Assembly: GCA_013265495.1 (NCBI GenBank)
Contig: MU058584.1
Coordinates: 3,042,508-3,106,507, forward strand
Direction of reading: 5' to 3'
DNA length: 64,000 nucleotides
Source: Vicugna vicugna
Lineage: Eukaryota
How positions within the stretch are numbered: position 1 is the first letter of the stretch; every line of letters begins with the position of its first letter. Shown here piece after piece: positions 24,901 through 38,170 of the stretch. A program made the translations under genes and the position numbers. Under the pieces are notes generated by a model. The model searched no databases. It was not told the DNA's origin and was given only the letters and a program-made list of their open reading frames with translations.

Positions 24901-26969
24901 GTCTTACACGAAGACATTTTGCACACACGGTAACAAGTCCAGGTAGGTTTCCAGTTCAGCAGTTTCACAATAAAGCCCCAATGAGTCAGCCTACTGGGTG
25001 CTACAGCAGAAAGAGCATGGACCCTGAAAACTAAGGATCTGGGTTCTTCCTGGTTCTGCCACGTACTGTGCTCCTGGATACATCACTTAATATCTCAAAA
25101 CCTGATTTGTCATATATAAAAATCAGGATGATAAAAAACCAGTATCCTATCTACCTTATAGGACTGCTGTGTTTGAAGATCCAATGCTTTCAATATGCCA
25201 GGCATAGATCAATTGCTTTATATAATCCATCAAAGACACTAAGGGAAAAACCCATTGAGCTCATGTGACTGGGATCAGAAATTTGCAGGTTAATCTAAAA
25301 ACAGAATCATGAAAAAAATTCGTATGTACTTCAGACACTTTTATTTTAACTTAAAACACAACAAATATGTACCCGTTCACTTTTGATGTAGGGCCAAGGC
25401 TTCTTCCTTGAATAAGAGTCTATTATTTGGAGTCTCAAGTTTTTTTGTTTTTTTTTTTTTAATACCCCAAACCCAAAATGTATCCCCTCTTTTTTGTTTG
25501 ACTGTTTCATCATGACTTGCTCATTTATTTCAAAGAATTCTTATCTTTGTTTTCCATGCATAATTTTTAGCAGAAATACAATAGAACCGAAAGTTGGAAA
25601 AATTTAAATAGAATTTACGATGAAAATTCCACATTTTGTGCTGCTGCTTCCCTAAAATAAAATGTTTTTAAGACCAAGCTGTATCACCTCTGATTTCCAG
25701 TGCTGATTTCTTTAAAATGGAGTATGAACTAAAACACTACAAGAATATGAGGGCTGAATCTTTCTAAATTTTTATTACCTTTTTCAATCTGTTATTTCAC
25801 CCACATACAAGTCAAAGCAATAATTTTTAGCAATTTGCTTTTATTGAGTCATTCCAAACCATTTAAATTGGTTTTCATGGACATAATTGTCTTTTTTTTG
25901 CATTCATATTTCATTAATTTACATAATACTTAGTCTATGTATATAATTAAAATTAACCAATAGAACAAGTAATGTTATCCAGTCCCCTGGTGAGAGCTGA
26001 AGTGCGTAAGCGTGGCTGGGCGTTCAGCGTGCCTGGGCATCAGTCAGCATGCTTTGCAGAGGGAACTCAGGGAATCCAGCTGCACTCAGATAAACTGGGT
26101 GTTGGATAAGGGAGTTCTGACTGGAATAGTAATCCCATTATCCAGATGAGGCAGCGGGAGGCTTAGAAAATTCAGAGATCTGCCCATTTAAAAAAAGTGA
26201 CTCGTATATGAAAGCTCAAACTGAGATACAGGGAAAAGGAAGTCAACACGGCTGCGTAAAGGTCAGAGGAAACATTTCTGAGGAGATGCCTGAGCTGAAT
26301 CAAGAAGGAAACGGGAGAAAATCAGGCAAATAAGAGGAAGGATAGTCCAGGCAGAGAAAACAAAGGTAGTAAAGGCTAAAAAGAATGAAAAACGCAGAAT
26401 GTAAAAATCTGCTTCACTAGAAAGCAGGATGTATGCGAGACAGGGGTGGGAGAGACTGGAGATCTATGCCAAAGTTTAAATTTACCTACAGGCTACTGGC
26501 AGCCGTTGGACAACTTCCCTTGGAGAAGCAACACAATGACATTGATATTTTTAAAAAGAGCATCGCTTTTACAGGATGGCTGACGGAGTGAAGCTGGGAG
26601 AGACCAGAGTAAAGGTGGCTGGCTACCTGGGAGGCTATTTAGGCAAATGAAGGCGACAGCCAGGAGGACCTGAATGGGTTCATGTTTGCGATGTCCTCCC
26701 ATGGTATTCTTTCCCCACTGGGTCTCCTCCCTTTATTCAAGTGTGGGGATAGAACAAGAGAGCAATATCATGGCAGGAAATGTTTCTGGTTTAAAATAAA
26801 ACTGTTTCTGCTAATACTCCGTATCTGCCCATCTTTCCACACATTTGGGAGCTTATGAGTGGCGTTATGCCCATAAAAGAAGTATGATAATGGGTACTTA
26901 GGTGCCCATGTCTACGTAGGATTAAATATGCTTTTATGTGAGCTAGCCTGGAAACCTACTAAAACACTA

Positions 26970-28740
26970 TGTGTCATTTTTTATAAGGTAAAATCAAAGA
27001 ACATGCCCTAATGAAAATAAAATCAAACAAATGTAAATGGTGGCATAAACTCAAAAAACAAACTATCCCAGGTAACTTGAAATCTCAGTAATTTGTGAAC
27101 CCAAAGTGGGATGTATTTTAAAGACTCTCCCTCCCCCTACCAAAAAAATACTATTTTCAGTAATCATATTGTTGGTAGTAATGTTGGTGTCGACAGTCTC
27201 AGACTTTTGGTTGGATATTGTGGGATTATGCTAATGATTAATTATATGATATTCTATCATTTCTGGCACTAAAAACTAGAATTCTTAGCATGTGAATTAA
27301 GAGACACAGGTCAAACAAATCAAGGAAAAACTCTGTAGCCCTGAATTTAAGTGAGAAGTAGAGTACTGGAATAGATTCATGACGTATTTTATCTTAAAAC
27401 AACAACAAAACATATATTACCTATCTTAATCCACAAAAAAGGCCTGGAAAGCTAGCAACCTAGTCTCAGTGACCATTTTACTGCTGATTGTGGTCTCCAA
27501 ATAATTTCCCAGTAAAACAACCCAGGTCTTCTTGGAGAAAGTGTTGTTTTCAGGTCAGGCAGGAAATGTGAGATGGCCCTGGGACATCTTACCATCATCA
27601 TCATCATCATCACTTGGCAAGGATGCTACCAGTGAAAACTACGGTCAAGTCAAATAGACCCAGAAGACAACTTAAAGAGCCCCTCACTGGCCAGAAATGG
27701 GACAACCTGAGCATCCACAAGAAAAGCAACTTCAGTGAACTGAAGTTAATCAGGTATGTTTAAATCTACAAATTGCTAATAACACACATTCTCACACACA
27801 TTGTTCACCACTGGAGATAGGAGTGAACAACTTATTTTGAAAGCATTTATTCTACCTTTCCTAAAAAATTTAACATTAGGTAACCAAACAGTAGATGAAG
27901 CAAGTTTCTACCTATAGAGGCATTTTTCCTCATAAATGAAGGGATGCTAGCATTACAGTATCATTTTTCAATCTCCAATGAATCAGTAATTAGTAATTAG
28001 ATTAGCAAAAGCTCCTACCACTACAAAAAGAGACAACCAACCAACAGTGTGTAAAACAGGCATGCAACCAGCAAAATCCAAACTGAGGGAAACCCGACAG
28101 GGTCAACAATGCAGTTTATTCAACAGATAAACTGCAGGAGGGGGAATGAAAGAGAGATGGTGGGAAGTAAAACATGAGTGGACTTCAAACAGGCCAACAT
28201 CAGTGTCACCTTGCGATCTGTTGAAATGCTAATTCTCAACCTCCACCGCAGACTCAGAATCAGAAACTCTGGGCTGGGGCCCAGCAGTCTTGTGTTTTAA
28301 CAAGCTTTCTAGGTGATGCTGATGCATTCTAGTTTGAGAACCACTGCAATAGATTAGATTTACAACACTTATCAACCAACTGCAATAAGGTTCTTACTTA
28401 GTGCCTGATTCCAAAAAACTAAAAAATTTTGACATCTATAGACAATTATGCTGTCAAGGGATTGTCAATTTTTAAAGTGTGAAAACAGTATTAAGATTAT
28501 ATAGATATATATTTTTAAAGCCCTGAAATACTTATGAATAAAAGATACGTCTAGGATACAATGTCTTTAGAATAATGCAGGAGGGGAAAGAAGCAAGTGA
28601 GGGTAGACGGAAGACTGGGCATGAGTTAATAATTGTTGAAGATGAATAATCAGTATCTGGGTATTCTTTATACTATACTTAAAAAAAAACTTTTATTGAT
28701 TTTTGAGGTTTTTTTCCATTCTAAAAAGTTTAAAAACTCA
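26970..28740 (+). mobile_element. Old L1 (L1MC/ME-type) 3' region
   Basis: Degenerate L1M 3'UTR ending gttaataattgttgaagatg...ttttttccattctaaaaagtttaaaaa. Confidence 0.6.
28176..28346. mobile_element. MER5A-like hAT MITE
   Basis: gaatcagaaactctgggctggggcccagcagtc...ggtgatgctgatgca...gtttgagaaccactg. Confidence 0.85.
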
Positions 28741-30094
28741 AAGCAAGAAGTAACTTCAAACAAAATAAAAGACTATAACTTAAGTAGAATTAATCCCTAA
28801 ATGGAGAAAGTATATGGTGCCTTTATTTAGAGGGCAGTACTGAAATTCACAAAATAAGTTTAAGTACGTTGAAAAAACCCTACTACACACTAGCATGTGA
28901 CACAGGATTTTGATTTGGATGTAAGGGAGTTCGAATGCTCATCAACCCACTGATGTCATTTTAAACCCCTGATCCTACTGAAGAGAATGACTTACAAATG
29001 AGAGAAGAGGGAACACAATCTGGTTCAAGGCATCTGAGCACACACCTTTGCTTTCCAGCTTTCAAACTGGCTTAGATTTTGAAATGTTATCTGTTAATAC
29101 AGTCAGGTTTACCTGCATTTTTTAAAAGTTTACAACTTAAGTACACAATGAGGACAACCTGACTGGCCTAGTGCAGATATTAATGTTTGATTATTTTTAA
29201 CTAGAAAGGGGTCAGTCTATCCTTTACGTAAGCAAAGTAGCCAAATCATGTGTTTTGAGAGCTATTCCGAGGCTCCTCTGGCTTGAAATATCATCTCCAT
29301 TAATTCAGTGGTGGTCTGGATTTAGAGTCATCGAAATGACTCGTCTGGAAAATTTTACTGGCAAGTAATTAACAAAAACGAATTGTGAGGCTGCAGTAGC
29401 CCTTAATATCTCCTTGAATTTACACTCTTGTGATGTGATAGCTTTATTTCCTCTGTAATACATCTTTGCTATTGTGTCGTTTTAGGAAAAGGGTGAAAGG
29501 ATGTTACCTTTCCTCCTTCCTTCTCCCTTTTTACTTCTCCCTCTGATTCACCCTCTTCCATTGAAACACTTGCTGAAAGCTTCAGCCATAGGAAATCTGA
29601 TTAGGAAGCAGCAGCTTCAAAACTGAAGCGGGCGGGTGGTAGGATGAACTCTATACTTTCACTTCAAAAGCGTGATGGCAGAATTTGAGTGTGGTTCCTT
29701 TTCTTTTTATGCTTTGTTTTAATAATTCTACCATTTTGTCATCATTGTTGTCATAATCATTTCCCTCACTGTCACCCTTTTAATTATTATTTTGCCTGGA
29801 ATAGTTAATGACACGGAGAAAAGACCATTAGAAGTCATCACCATACATTATCAGGCATCTTTTCTGACAAAGGTAACCTTGAAATAGAGACTCCGATTCC
29901 ATTTCATCTGCTTTTAATGAGCACCTCTGTACTCCCACCCACACGAGGGCTTCGGGGAAACAAGAACCAAAAAAAAAAAAAGACAAAGCCCCAAGTTCAG
30001 AGCTCAAATGCTCTAGCCAGAGAGATGAGGGAAGGTGATGGGAAGACACTCACCACCACTACGTGGAGAGTACAAGAGAACATAGCATCTGAGG

Positions 30095-30290
30095 GCCTGG
30101 AAGGTACGGCTTTAGACTGCTTGCGTTCAAATCCTAACTCTGCTCCTCCCTAGCTAAGTGAGGCTGAGCAAGTTACTGAACCTCTCCTGCCTGCTTCTTC
30201 ATTTGTGAAATGAGGGGGAGAATAGTCATTATTAACCTTATGGGCTGGTCTTGAGATAATCCTTCAACTGGATAATCCATAAAACATTTA
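30095..30290 (+). mobile_element. MIR
   Basis: gttcaaatcctaactctgc...gcaagttactgaacctctc...ttcttcatttgtgaaatgaggg. Confidence 0.75.
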
Positions 30291-31116
30291 AATTTATCCA
30301 TTTATTTTATCAATTTTGGTGTTGACCATTGTTTCTTATACCCCACATCTTCTCATGGTTTTCTTTTTTGCCCCCTGAAGCATATCGCTTAAAAATTCAA
30401 TGACCTTGGATTACATAGCTCTGAAAATCTTGTCCCCAGTTTTGTCCCCAAATTTACGGTTTAGCTGTGCATAAAATTCTAGGCTGCTAATTATTTGCCT
30501 CGGCTTTGAAAATACTATCCCACTGTCTTCTGGACTTTGCCTTGAGAAGTTTGCTGTTGGTTTAATAGTCGTTCCTCTGCAAATAAATGTATCTTTCTCA
30601 CTGAAAGAACACATGCATCTAAGGACACTACTGATAAATGTATATATTTGTCACTAGGTTAACATGCCACACAAGATTCCCAATTGCGTGGATTAGGGGA
30701 AGATCGTGGTATAAGCATCCTCTCATCCGTTACAAAGGAGCATGGCAGCACTGAAGGCCATTGTGACTACAAGGACGTGCCGTAAGATCAACCACGTGTA
30801 ACTATAACCTTGCCTCCGGGGAGTCTGCCCAAGAATCCAACAGACTGTACGAGGGTACGGAAGAAACTGCTGAGGACCCTCATGTTTATACTTCCGTGAC
30901 TTATTACTTTCTTCTCCCCTCATTTCAATAACAGGACAATTCTATATTTTGAGCATAAGAGGCGAACATGACAAAATAGTACATTTAAAACATTGCCCCT
31001 TCCTGGCCTATGTTTACCCTCCTTATGGTTCAGGGGATTTAAAAACATGTATCTAGAAAAATGGCAAAACAAAACAGATCTCTCCTTGTAGATGAAATAG
31101 CTAAAATTTTGGCCTC

Positions 31117-31122
31117 TTTATT
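31117..31122 (-). terminator. TMCO1: Probable TMCO1 polyadenylation signal
   Basis: AATAAA on minus strand about 440 nt after the stop, followed by GU/U-rich downstream element (ctgttttgttttgccattttt). Confidence 0.7.
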
Positions 31123-31563
31123 GATCTCAAGTCATACATTTGGCTTGGAAAAAAGCACACAACAAATAGTTTCCATAAACTAAATGCGTCCTCCAGATCT
31201 CTATGCGCATGGAGAGTCGGCTTCCCTGGGACACAGCACAGAGCACGCACTTGAAGGTCGATCCCACAGAAAATACTTGTGTAAGCAAGACAAGAATTTG
31301 TTTCTCATTATATACACACATCTGAGCGTACTTAATCAACACAACTGTTTTTTAAAAAAAAAAAATTAATCTGTGACCAAAAGCACTATCGTGTTTGCTG
31401 GGTGCCATTCTCATTCGAATCATATCCAAAAAGTCTAGAAAGAACTCAAAACTAGAAAGTGGCCCAAATGCTAAGGCTGCCTATGGCTCTTGCTGAAAAA
31501 TAGTTGCCGGTCTGATTTGAGTGTCTAAAAAGAATGACAGGAATTATCGGGTTCTTCCTGATT

Positions 31564-31662
31564 TCAAGAGAACTTCCCAGAAGGAGGTGGAGGGCCAAGA
31601 AAGCCACCTGCCTGCTTGGTGGCCGCTCGTGAAGGGGCAAGGCCAAGAATCTTCTGGATGTT
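31564..31662 (-). CDS. TMCO1: TMCO1 (transmembrane and coiled-coil domains 1; ER Ca2+-load channel / GEL translocon subunit), last coding exon
   Basis: NIQKILGLAPSRAATKQAGGFLGPPPPSGKFS-TGA; acceptor ttttcttttcag|AAC. Confidence 0.97.
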   Translation of the reverse strand, partial: NIQKILGLAPSRAATKQAGGFLGPPPPSGKFS

Positions 31663-33068
31663 CTGAAAAGAAAACAATAAAAACTGGGTTTTAATATGAG
31701 ATATAGAGAAAAGTGTTTTACAGAGACCTTATAGACAGAGAAGACGTTACAGATAAAAAGTACCTCTGCGACCTAAAATAGGATGATTACTACTGTGCTA
31801 TTTTTAAAAGGTCTATGATGCTGTGGAGATCACTGAACAGTAAAAGCCCTCTTACCTGATGGGACCCTGGGCTACTAGCCAAAGAAGCTGAGTTTTTCAA
31901 GTGGAGAATCAAAAAAAAAAGATAATCTTTTATTTCAACACAAAGCATATAAAGCATATTCAACTTAGCTGCTATTTCTTGTAGCAAAGCCTTTTCTCTG
32001 AGTAAGGGGTCTTATGGCTGGATTTAGTTATTACTGTACCATCTGAAGTTGAAACTCAACCAGTTTCAATGTCTTCAAAGGTGTGAGAGATTTCAGAATC
32101 TTGCAAAGCAACCTGAGTCCAGAATCCTCCTAGATTTTTAGCACTTCCCCTCATCTTTTTCAGTTGTCTCACTTATATCTAATTCACTAGTTTTTCTTTT
32201 AGAAACTCAGCTTTATTAAACCAGTTTTCATAAAAAAACAACTATTTTTATACTCAGATTTCATCAGTTAATAACATTAAATTAAATCACATAAATACAA
32301 CAAGTAAAACCCAGCATAAACAGTTTGAGGGTAAACACAGCTGACTCTTGACAAGGCAATGACTCAACTTGTGGGAGCAGAGAGGTGCAGGCATACTAAA
32401 GAGCAGTCAGGAGTGGACAGTGTGATCTGGGGAGGGATCGGTGCTTGAAAAGGCGAAGGAAGGGGGCTCACGAGCAGAGATTAAGTACAGGTCAGTTAAG
32501 GTTTTGTACAGCATCTGTAAGAGCGAAAAACCTTAGAGATCATCTAATTATTCTTCCTCAATTCTTTCATTTTATATTTGAGAAATTCTAATTAGAACTT
32601 GGAAGAGTAGAATGGCTTGTCCAAAATTACAGTTAAGTGAACAGCAGAGTGAGAATTAAAACCCATGTGCTTTGAGTTATAATGTAAAGGATTCTCTTGC
32701 ACAGTACTTCCTCTGTTAAAGTTCTGATCTTCAGAACAAACTGTACGCCATGGTAGGCATGTTAGCTTGTATGCATTCACTGACTCAACAGTTACTAAGT
32801 ACCTGTTGTGCATAAGGTACTATGAGAATGTCCATATCCATGCTTCTGACGTATACTCTCCCCTGAGCCTTTATCATTAAGAATGATGATTGCTACAGAG
32901 GTGAGTGTTCAGATTTCTGAAATAGTACTCTGTCAGAATTTAACAGAATATTTAAATATGAAGGCACAACTTTAAAACTCATAAAATACCATAAAATATT
33001 CATTCATTCATTCATTCACTCACTCACTCTCAGTACTATAGATCATGCTTTACTTTAAAAAGAAATCT

Positions 33069-33335
33069 GGGGAGGGGTGGGTCGAACTCAGTTGGTAGAG
33101 TGCATGCTTAGCATGCACAAGGTTCTGGATTCAATCCCCAGTACCGCCATTAAAAAGAAAAAAGAGAAAGAAAGAAAGGAAGAAGGGAAGAAAGGAAGAA
33201 AGGAAGAAAGGAAGAAAGAAAGAAAGAAAGGAAGGAAGGAAGAAAGGAAGAAAAGAAAGAAAAGAAAGAAAGGAAAGAAAGGAAGGAAGAAAAGAAAATG
33301 GAAACACAGAGAAGAAAAAAACAAGAAGAAAAATC
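33069..33335 (+). mobile_element. vic-1-like SINE whose tail has expanded into a (GAAA/GGAA)n microsatellite
   Basis: tRNA-like head 33069-33150, then about 150 nt of pure purine repeat. Confidence 0.9.
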
Positions 33336-34639
33336 AATCATTAGTAGCTCAGATTACTTCTCCTCAGTAAAGCTGAAGAATGTTTTTATTACTTTCATAA
33401 TAATTATTCTTCATGGCTCGCTCTAAAAATTCACTGCACGAGGCATTAAGAAGACCAAATGATATAAAGTCACTAATTTCCCAAGTTCTTTTATTTAATC
33501 ACTAAGTATTTACTGACCACCTACAAGTATGCTGCATTAAGCAAGGCATTGCGGGAAATTAAAGATAAAATTCAAAATAATAAGACATGACAGAAATAGC
33601 TGCTGATAAACACATTTGTCTGGTTAACAAACACAGTAACACAGTCTAGACAAAATACACAAGGCATCACAGCTCAGTTATCCTGTAGAGACAGGGGGTC
33701 AGTTAAGGGAGTCCTTATCATTTTGGAAATAAAGACCAGTGTAAAAACCTCTGATGCCCTTTAAATTACAGGTTTACTATCATTTAAGGAAGACAAATGA
33801 AAGGAAAATAAGAAATACTCTGAAGGGCAGGCCAAAAGGGTAGACTGTTGACAGTCTCAATACGAATTAAAAACATGTAAGTGACTGCTGGACACAGGCC
33901 AGGGCTCTAGATGGAAAACAGCCCTAACGGCAACAAAAACGTTAAATGTTAGTAACCAAGGCTGAAGTTCATGGAGATACAGGCAGGTCTATAATGTGTT
34001 CTCCTTGTGGCTCCTGTCACAGGCTCCCTTTGGGAACACTAAATCAAATTTATCACTGGTACATTACCCAAGTATTTGTATTTTAATGTCAAACGCTCTG
34101 CATTCTCTGTCATAAATCGTATCCTTTAGTGAAGTTCTAAGTAATCAGTTTAAATTCCTAAAGTCTCACAAATGAACTCATGATGATTTTTCTTAGATAA
34201 AACTCCCCCGGCTTCCCCGTCTGTGAGGTCTTCTCCTCTCAAACACAGGTGGGAAATAACTGGTGGTCTCAAGATGCAAAAGACGTAAGTAAAAGAGTAG
34301 AGGTCACTATTCTGTCCACAGTGGTAATAACATCCTATATTTCTATGCACTTTAAAGTTTGCAAATAGTTTTAAGGACAGGGTCTTGGTCCATAGTTGTC
34401 TTGCTTTTGATTTGACAAAGCTGAGGCAGAGTGAGGATATAAGTCAGGATGTGAACTGATACATAACTCAAGGCACAGTTTTCCTCTACTAAACCACAAC
34501 TTTCTAAGGGACCTTCATCTTAGGAGTGATAAATCTTGTAGCAGGCCTGGCCTATAAAAAATTCACAATTATGAAGACCATATATGAGCATACCATAGAA
34601 AAAATATGTTATATTGTTAAGTGAATTAATGCATATAAC

Positions 34640-34872
34640 TCAAAACCCACAAGCACCAAGAGTGAACACTAATGTAAATTAGGGACTGTGGGTGACAATG
34701 ATGTGTCAGTGTAGGTTCATCAGTTGTAAAAACTGTGCCATTCTTATGCAAGGTGTTGACAGTGGAGGAGGCTGTGTGTAAGTTGGGGACAAAGAGTAGA
34801 TGGGAAATCTCTGTACCTTCCATTCAATTTTGCTGTGAACCTAAAACCGCTCTAAAAAATAGTCTTAAAAAA
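34640..34872 (+). mobile_element. L1MC-like 3' end
   Basis: caccaagagtgaacactaatgtaaa...gggaaatctctgtaccttcc...gtgaacctaaaaccgctctaaaaaat. Confidence 0.85.
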
Positions 34873-36157
34873 TGCATACAAAGACTGCAAGAATATATGG
34901 AAAAATAACAGTTGTATTAATAATAGTTGTATACCCTTTTCTCATTCATTGCCTCCAACTGTTTGTAATATTGCTAAAAAGGACAATTTAAAATAAAGAT
35001 AAATATTTCCGTAGGTACCATCTCAAAGGACTTTGCATGTATATTCTCATTTAATCCTCACAACAACTCAATGGAGCAGCCTTATTATTATCCTTACATG
35101 CACATAAAAAAAGAAGATCCAACTGCTGGGCTGTAATTCAACACATACTTGCTGAGCTTTACACCGTAGAGCAGGTATGTTTGTATATATTATCTCCTTT
35201 ATATCTTTCAACAACCTCATCCATTAAACTTGACCTGACTGCTCTCCTATGGTCTCTCAATTCTCCTCCAGTTTTTCAGGCCTTCTTAATTAGCAAGATT
35301 TAGTTTAGAAATATGTATTTTGCTAAAAGACAGGAGTTTTAACATATTATGGAGATAATATGGAAGAACACAACAGAAATGCAAAATATAAGGTATGGTA
35401 AGGTTTCAGAAAAATATAAAACAATTATTTTGGATTTCTGTCCAGTCCTATAATAGGGTAGCAACTGAAGACTGTATGTCAGAAGGGAAAAACAAAGGAA
35501 AAACATTTTCCCGTAATCATGCCTTCTATTGGAAGGAAACCCAGAAAAATACCACTACAGGATTTGCGTTCCTTCCTCCCTGAAAAGGATAAGGACCAGT
35601 GATCAAGAAGAGGAAGTTGTTGGTTGCTAACTGGATATTTTGGGAAGACTCAGGTCACTGGCAATAAACACATTCTGCTAAATTTTATTCCTTAGTCATT
35701 TAGCTAAAATAACTCAGCCATGGCAGTCTCAGCTCACTCTTTGTTAGTTTCTCTGGCATCTGGTTACTAGCCTTCGCTTCCAATTGATTACAATTTCCCA
35801 TCAAGTTCCCATAACATAATCTTTACTTTATCCATAATGCTGTGTGGAAAATCCAATCACTTTAAATGGCCCCATCCAATAGTCCCAGGATTTTCACATT
35901 GTATCTGAATAGGCTGATTGGGAGAATGGTGTACAGATTAAATTTTTACTGAAAAAAAAAATGACAGTACAACATGGGTATAGCTGAAATATTACTGGGT
36001 TAGCCTTCAGGAGACTTATTTCCAGTACTGGCAAACTAAGGAAAGAAAACAAGCATTCTCTTTCACTTTACCAAATCTCAATTTTCCTTACGTTTAAAAG
36101 AAGGGGGCTCAGAAGATCAATTGTTTTCAGACCCTTTAGCTACAGAATCCTTTCTTT

Positions 36158-36418
36158 CTTTTTTTTTTTATGAGAATCCACAGAATGTAGTAATCCAATC
36201 AAAAGGACAGTCAAATGTGCTTACACATATTCAAGAAATCAGTCATCTAAATTATAAATATTAAGTAGTTCATTTGTTTCCTTTTGTTAAGGATTCCACA
36301 TATAAGTGATATCATACAGTGTTTTTCTTTCTTTTTCGGGCTTACTTCACTTAGAATGACGATCTCCAGGTCCATTCATGTTGCTGTAAGTGGCACTATT
36401 TTATTCTTTTTTGTGACT
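36158..36418 (-). mobile_element. Short 5'-truncated L1 insertion with TSD
   Basis: L1 3' sequence on minus strand, poly(T) on +, 15-bp TSD cagaatcctttcttt at 36143-36157 and 36419-36433. Confidence 0.9.
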
Positions 36419-36959
36419 CAGAATCCTTTCTTTAAACAAAATCTCACTTAAAACTCCAACAAATAAAACAGAAAAAACAGTGTTGGGAACCTGAAGCCCC
36501 TTGCTGGGCCCTTCAAGCTTCCCCAATAAGCACCTTCAAGGAGCCACAGTCCTGTGGCTACGAATGCGTTTATATTGCAATAAATTATATTGCAGACTTT
36601 AATACATATTCTCCAGAGTGGAAATCAAAATTCTGAAAAGGAGGATGAGCACATAAATCTGCACAAGAGTAACACCACTTCCTTTGTAAAGCTGAATGAC
36701 TATTTTCTGTCTGGGACTGTCCAAAGGCCTCTTTTGTAATAAAGGTCTCTTTTTGGGGGGGGGGGGGGTAAGGGATCAAGTGACAATTTCAATCTCTCTC
36801 TCTCTCTCTCTCTCAACCATATTTCCAAAGAAAATTTCCCTATATCTCTTATTTATCCCCTATTTAAGGATCAAGTCAAGGAAAATGTTCTGAATTTTAG
36901 TTAAGTACAAGAAGAAAAGATGCTTTATTCTTTTAAAATCTCATAATGGATAGAAGAAC

Positions 36960-38170
36960 CCAGCTGGCACTGTGTGGGGTATCTAAAACTCAGAATGAAA
37001 TTGCAGCCTTACTAGTTTGAAGAACCAAAGGACAGGGTTGAGAGCAGCCATAACAGCTGAAAATCAAGGGGGAAAAATCCTGTAAAACTGAGAGGAGTTC
37101 AAAATTCTACATCTAAACCCTGCCCACATCTCTGGCTGACTCAAACTATGCATGCGTGAGGTTGCCTTCAAGCAGCCCAGCTGAGACTAAAATAACAGAT
37201 TTCAGGTGCTGCTACCACAAAGGAGAAAGAGTTTGGAGTTCTAGTGCTAAATTAATTGCCCATTTAAACAAACAAACAAATGAACAAAAACATTCTTTTA
37301 AAGAACAACAAAATCCAGAGTCTCTACAGCCTATCAGTAACAATGCCCAAGATACAAACCAGAATTACTAGACACAAGAAATGGGAAGGGGGAAGGGCAT
37401 AGTTCAAGTGGTAGAGCGCACGCTCAGCCCTCAAGAGGTCCCGTTCAATCCCCAGTACCTCTTCCAAGTGGAACTCAGTGAAGAATCCTAATTACCTCCC
37501 CCTCAGAAAGAAGGGGGAAAACATGATTCATGCTAAAGAGAAGAACAGGCAACAGACAGCGTTCAACCTTGAGATGATCCAAATTTTGGAATTAGTAGAC
37601 AAGGTTTTCAAAGCAGTTAAATAACTATGCCTAAGGACGTAAAAGAAACTATGTTCATAATAAAGGAACAAGTAAGAAACCTCAGCAGGGAAAGAGAAAA
37701 GCCAAAAAGAACTAAATGGAAAATCTGCAGCTAAAAAATACTATGTGAAAATTTTAAGATCATTGGATGAGCTAAGGGTTAATTCATATTAGAGCTGAAA
37801 GAGGAGTCCTTGAACTTGAAGACATATTACCAGAAATTATCCTATCCAAGGAACAGAGAGAAAGAGACTTTAAGCCAAACTTAAAAGGAAAAAGCCTGAA
37901 AGCAGCCAGGGAAAAGTGACACATTATCTATAGGTGTACAAAGATATGAAGGACTTCCATCAGAAACAATGGAGGCCAGAAGGCAGTGGAAAGGTACATT
38001 AAAAAGCCAAAAATATGAAAACAAAACAGTCAACCCAGAATTCTATATCCTGTGAAAATATCCTTCAAGAATAAAGATTAAAAAAAAAAAGAATGATAAA
38101 ATAAATATTTTTGGATAAATGAGTATTAAGAAAATTTGTCACTAGCAGACTTGCACTATAAGAAATACAT
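36960..38170 (+). mobile_element. Old L1 5'/ORF1 fragment interrupted by a SINE
   Basis: cagaaacaatggaggccagaaggcagtgg...caacccagaattctatatcctgtgaaaatatccttcaagaat (L1 ORF1 C-terminal region). Confidence 0.8.
37388..37510 (+). mobile_element. Diverged vic-1-like SINE
   Basis: ggggaagggcatagttcaagtggtagagcg...gttcaatccccagtacctc...cctaattacctcccc. Confidence 0.8.

Noticed and set aside
29325..29342. Hairpin GAGTCAT-cgaa-ATGACTC
   Set aside because: 7-bp stems are expected by chance in 64 kb
8400..30900. Hidden gene or pseudogene in the ALDH9A1-TMCO1 intergenic region
   Set aside because: No recognisable protein motifs or exon chain found by eye; mostly repeats. A tblastx search would be needed to exclude it fully
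31856..31887. Possible 32-nt cryptic TMCO1 exon (ctcag|...CAG|gtaag)
   Set aside because: Donor is good but the acceptor pyrimidine tract is interrupted by an A-run; no transcript evidence
33077..33370. Lys/Arg-rich and Phe/Leu/Ser-rich ORFs
   Set aside because: Translations of a SINE plus (GAAA)n microsatellite
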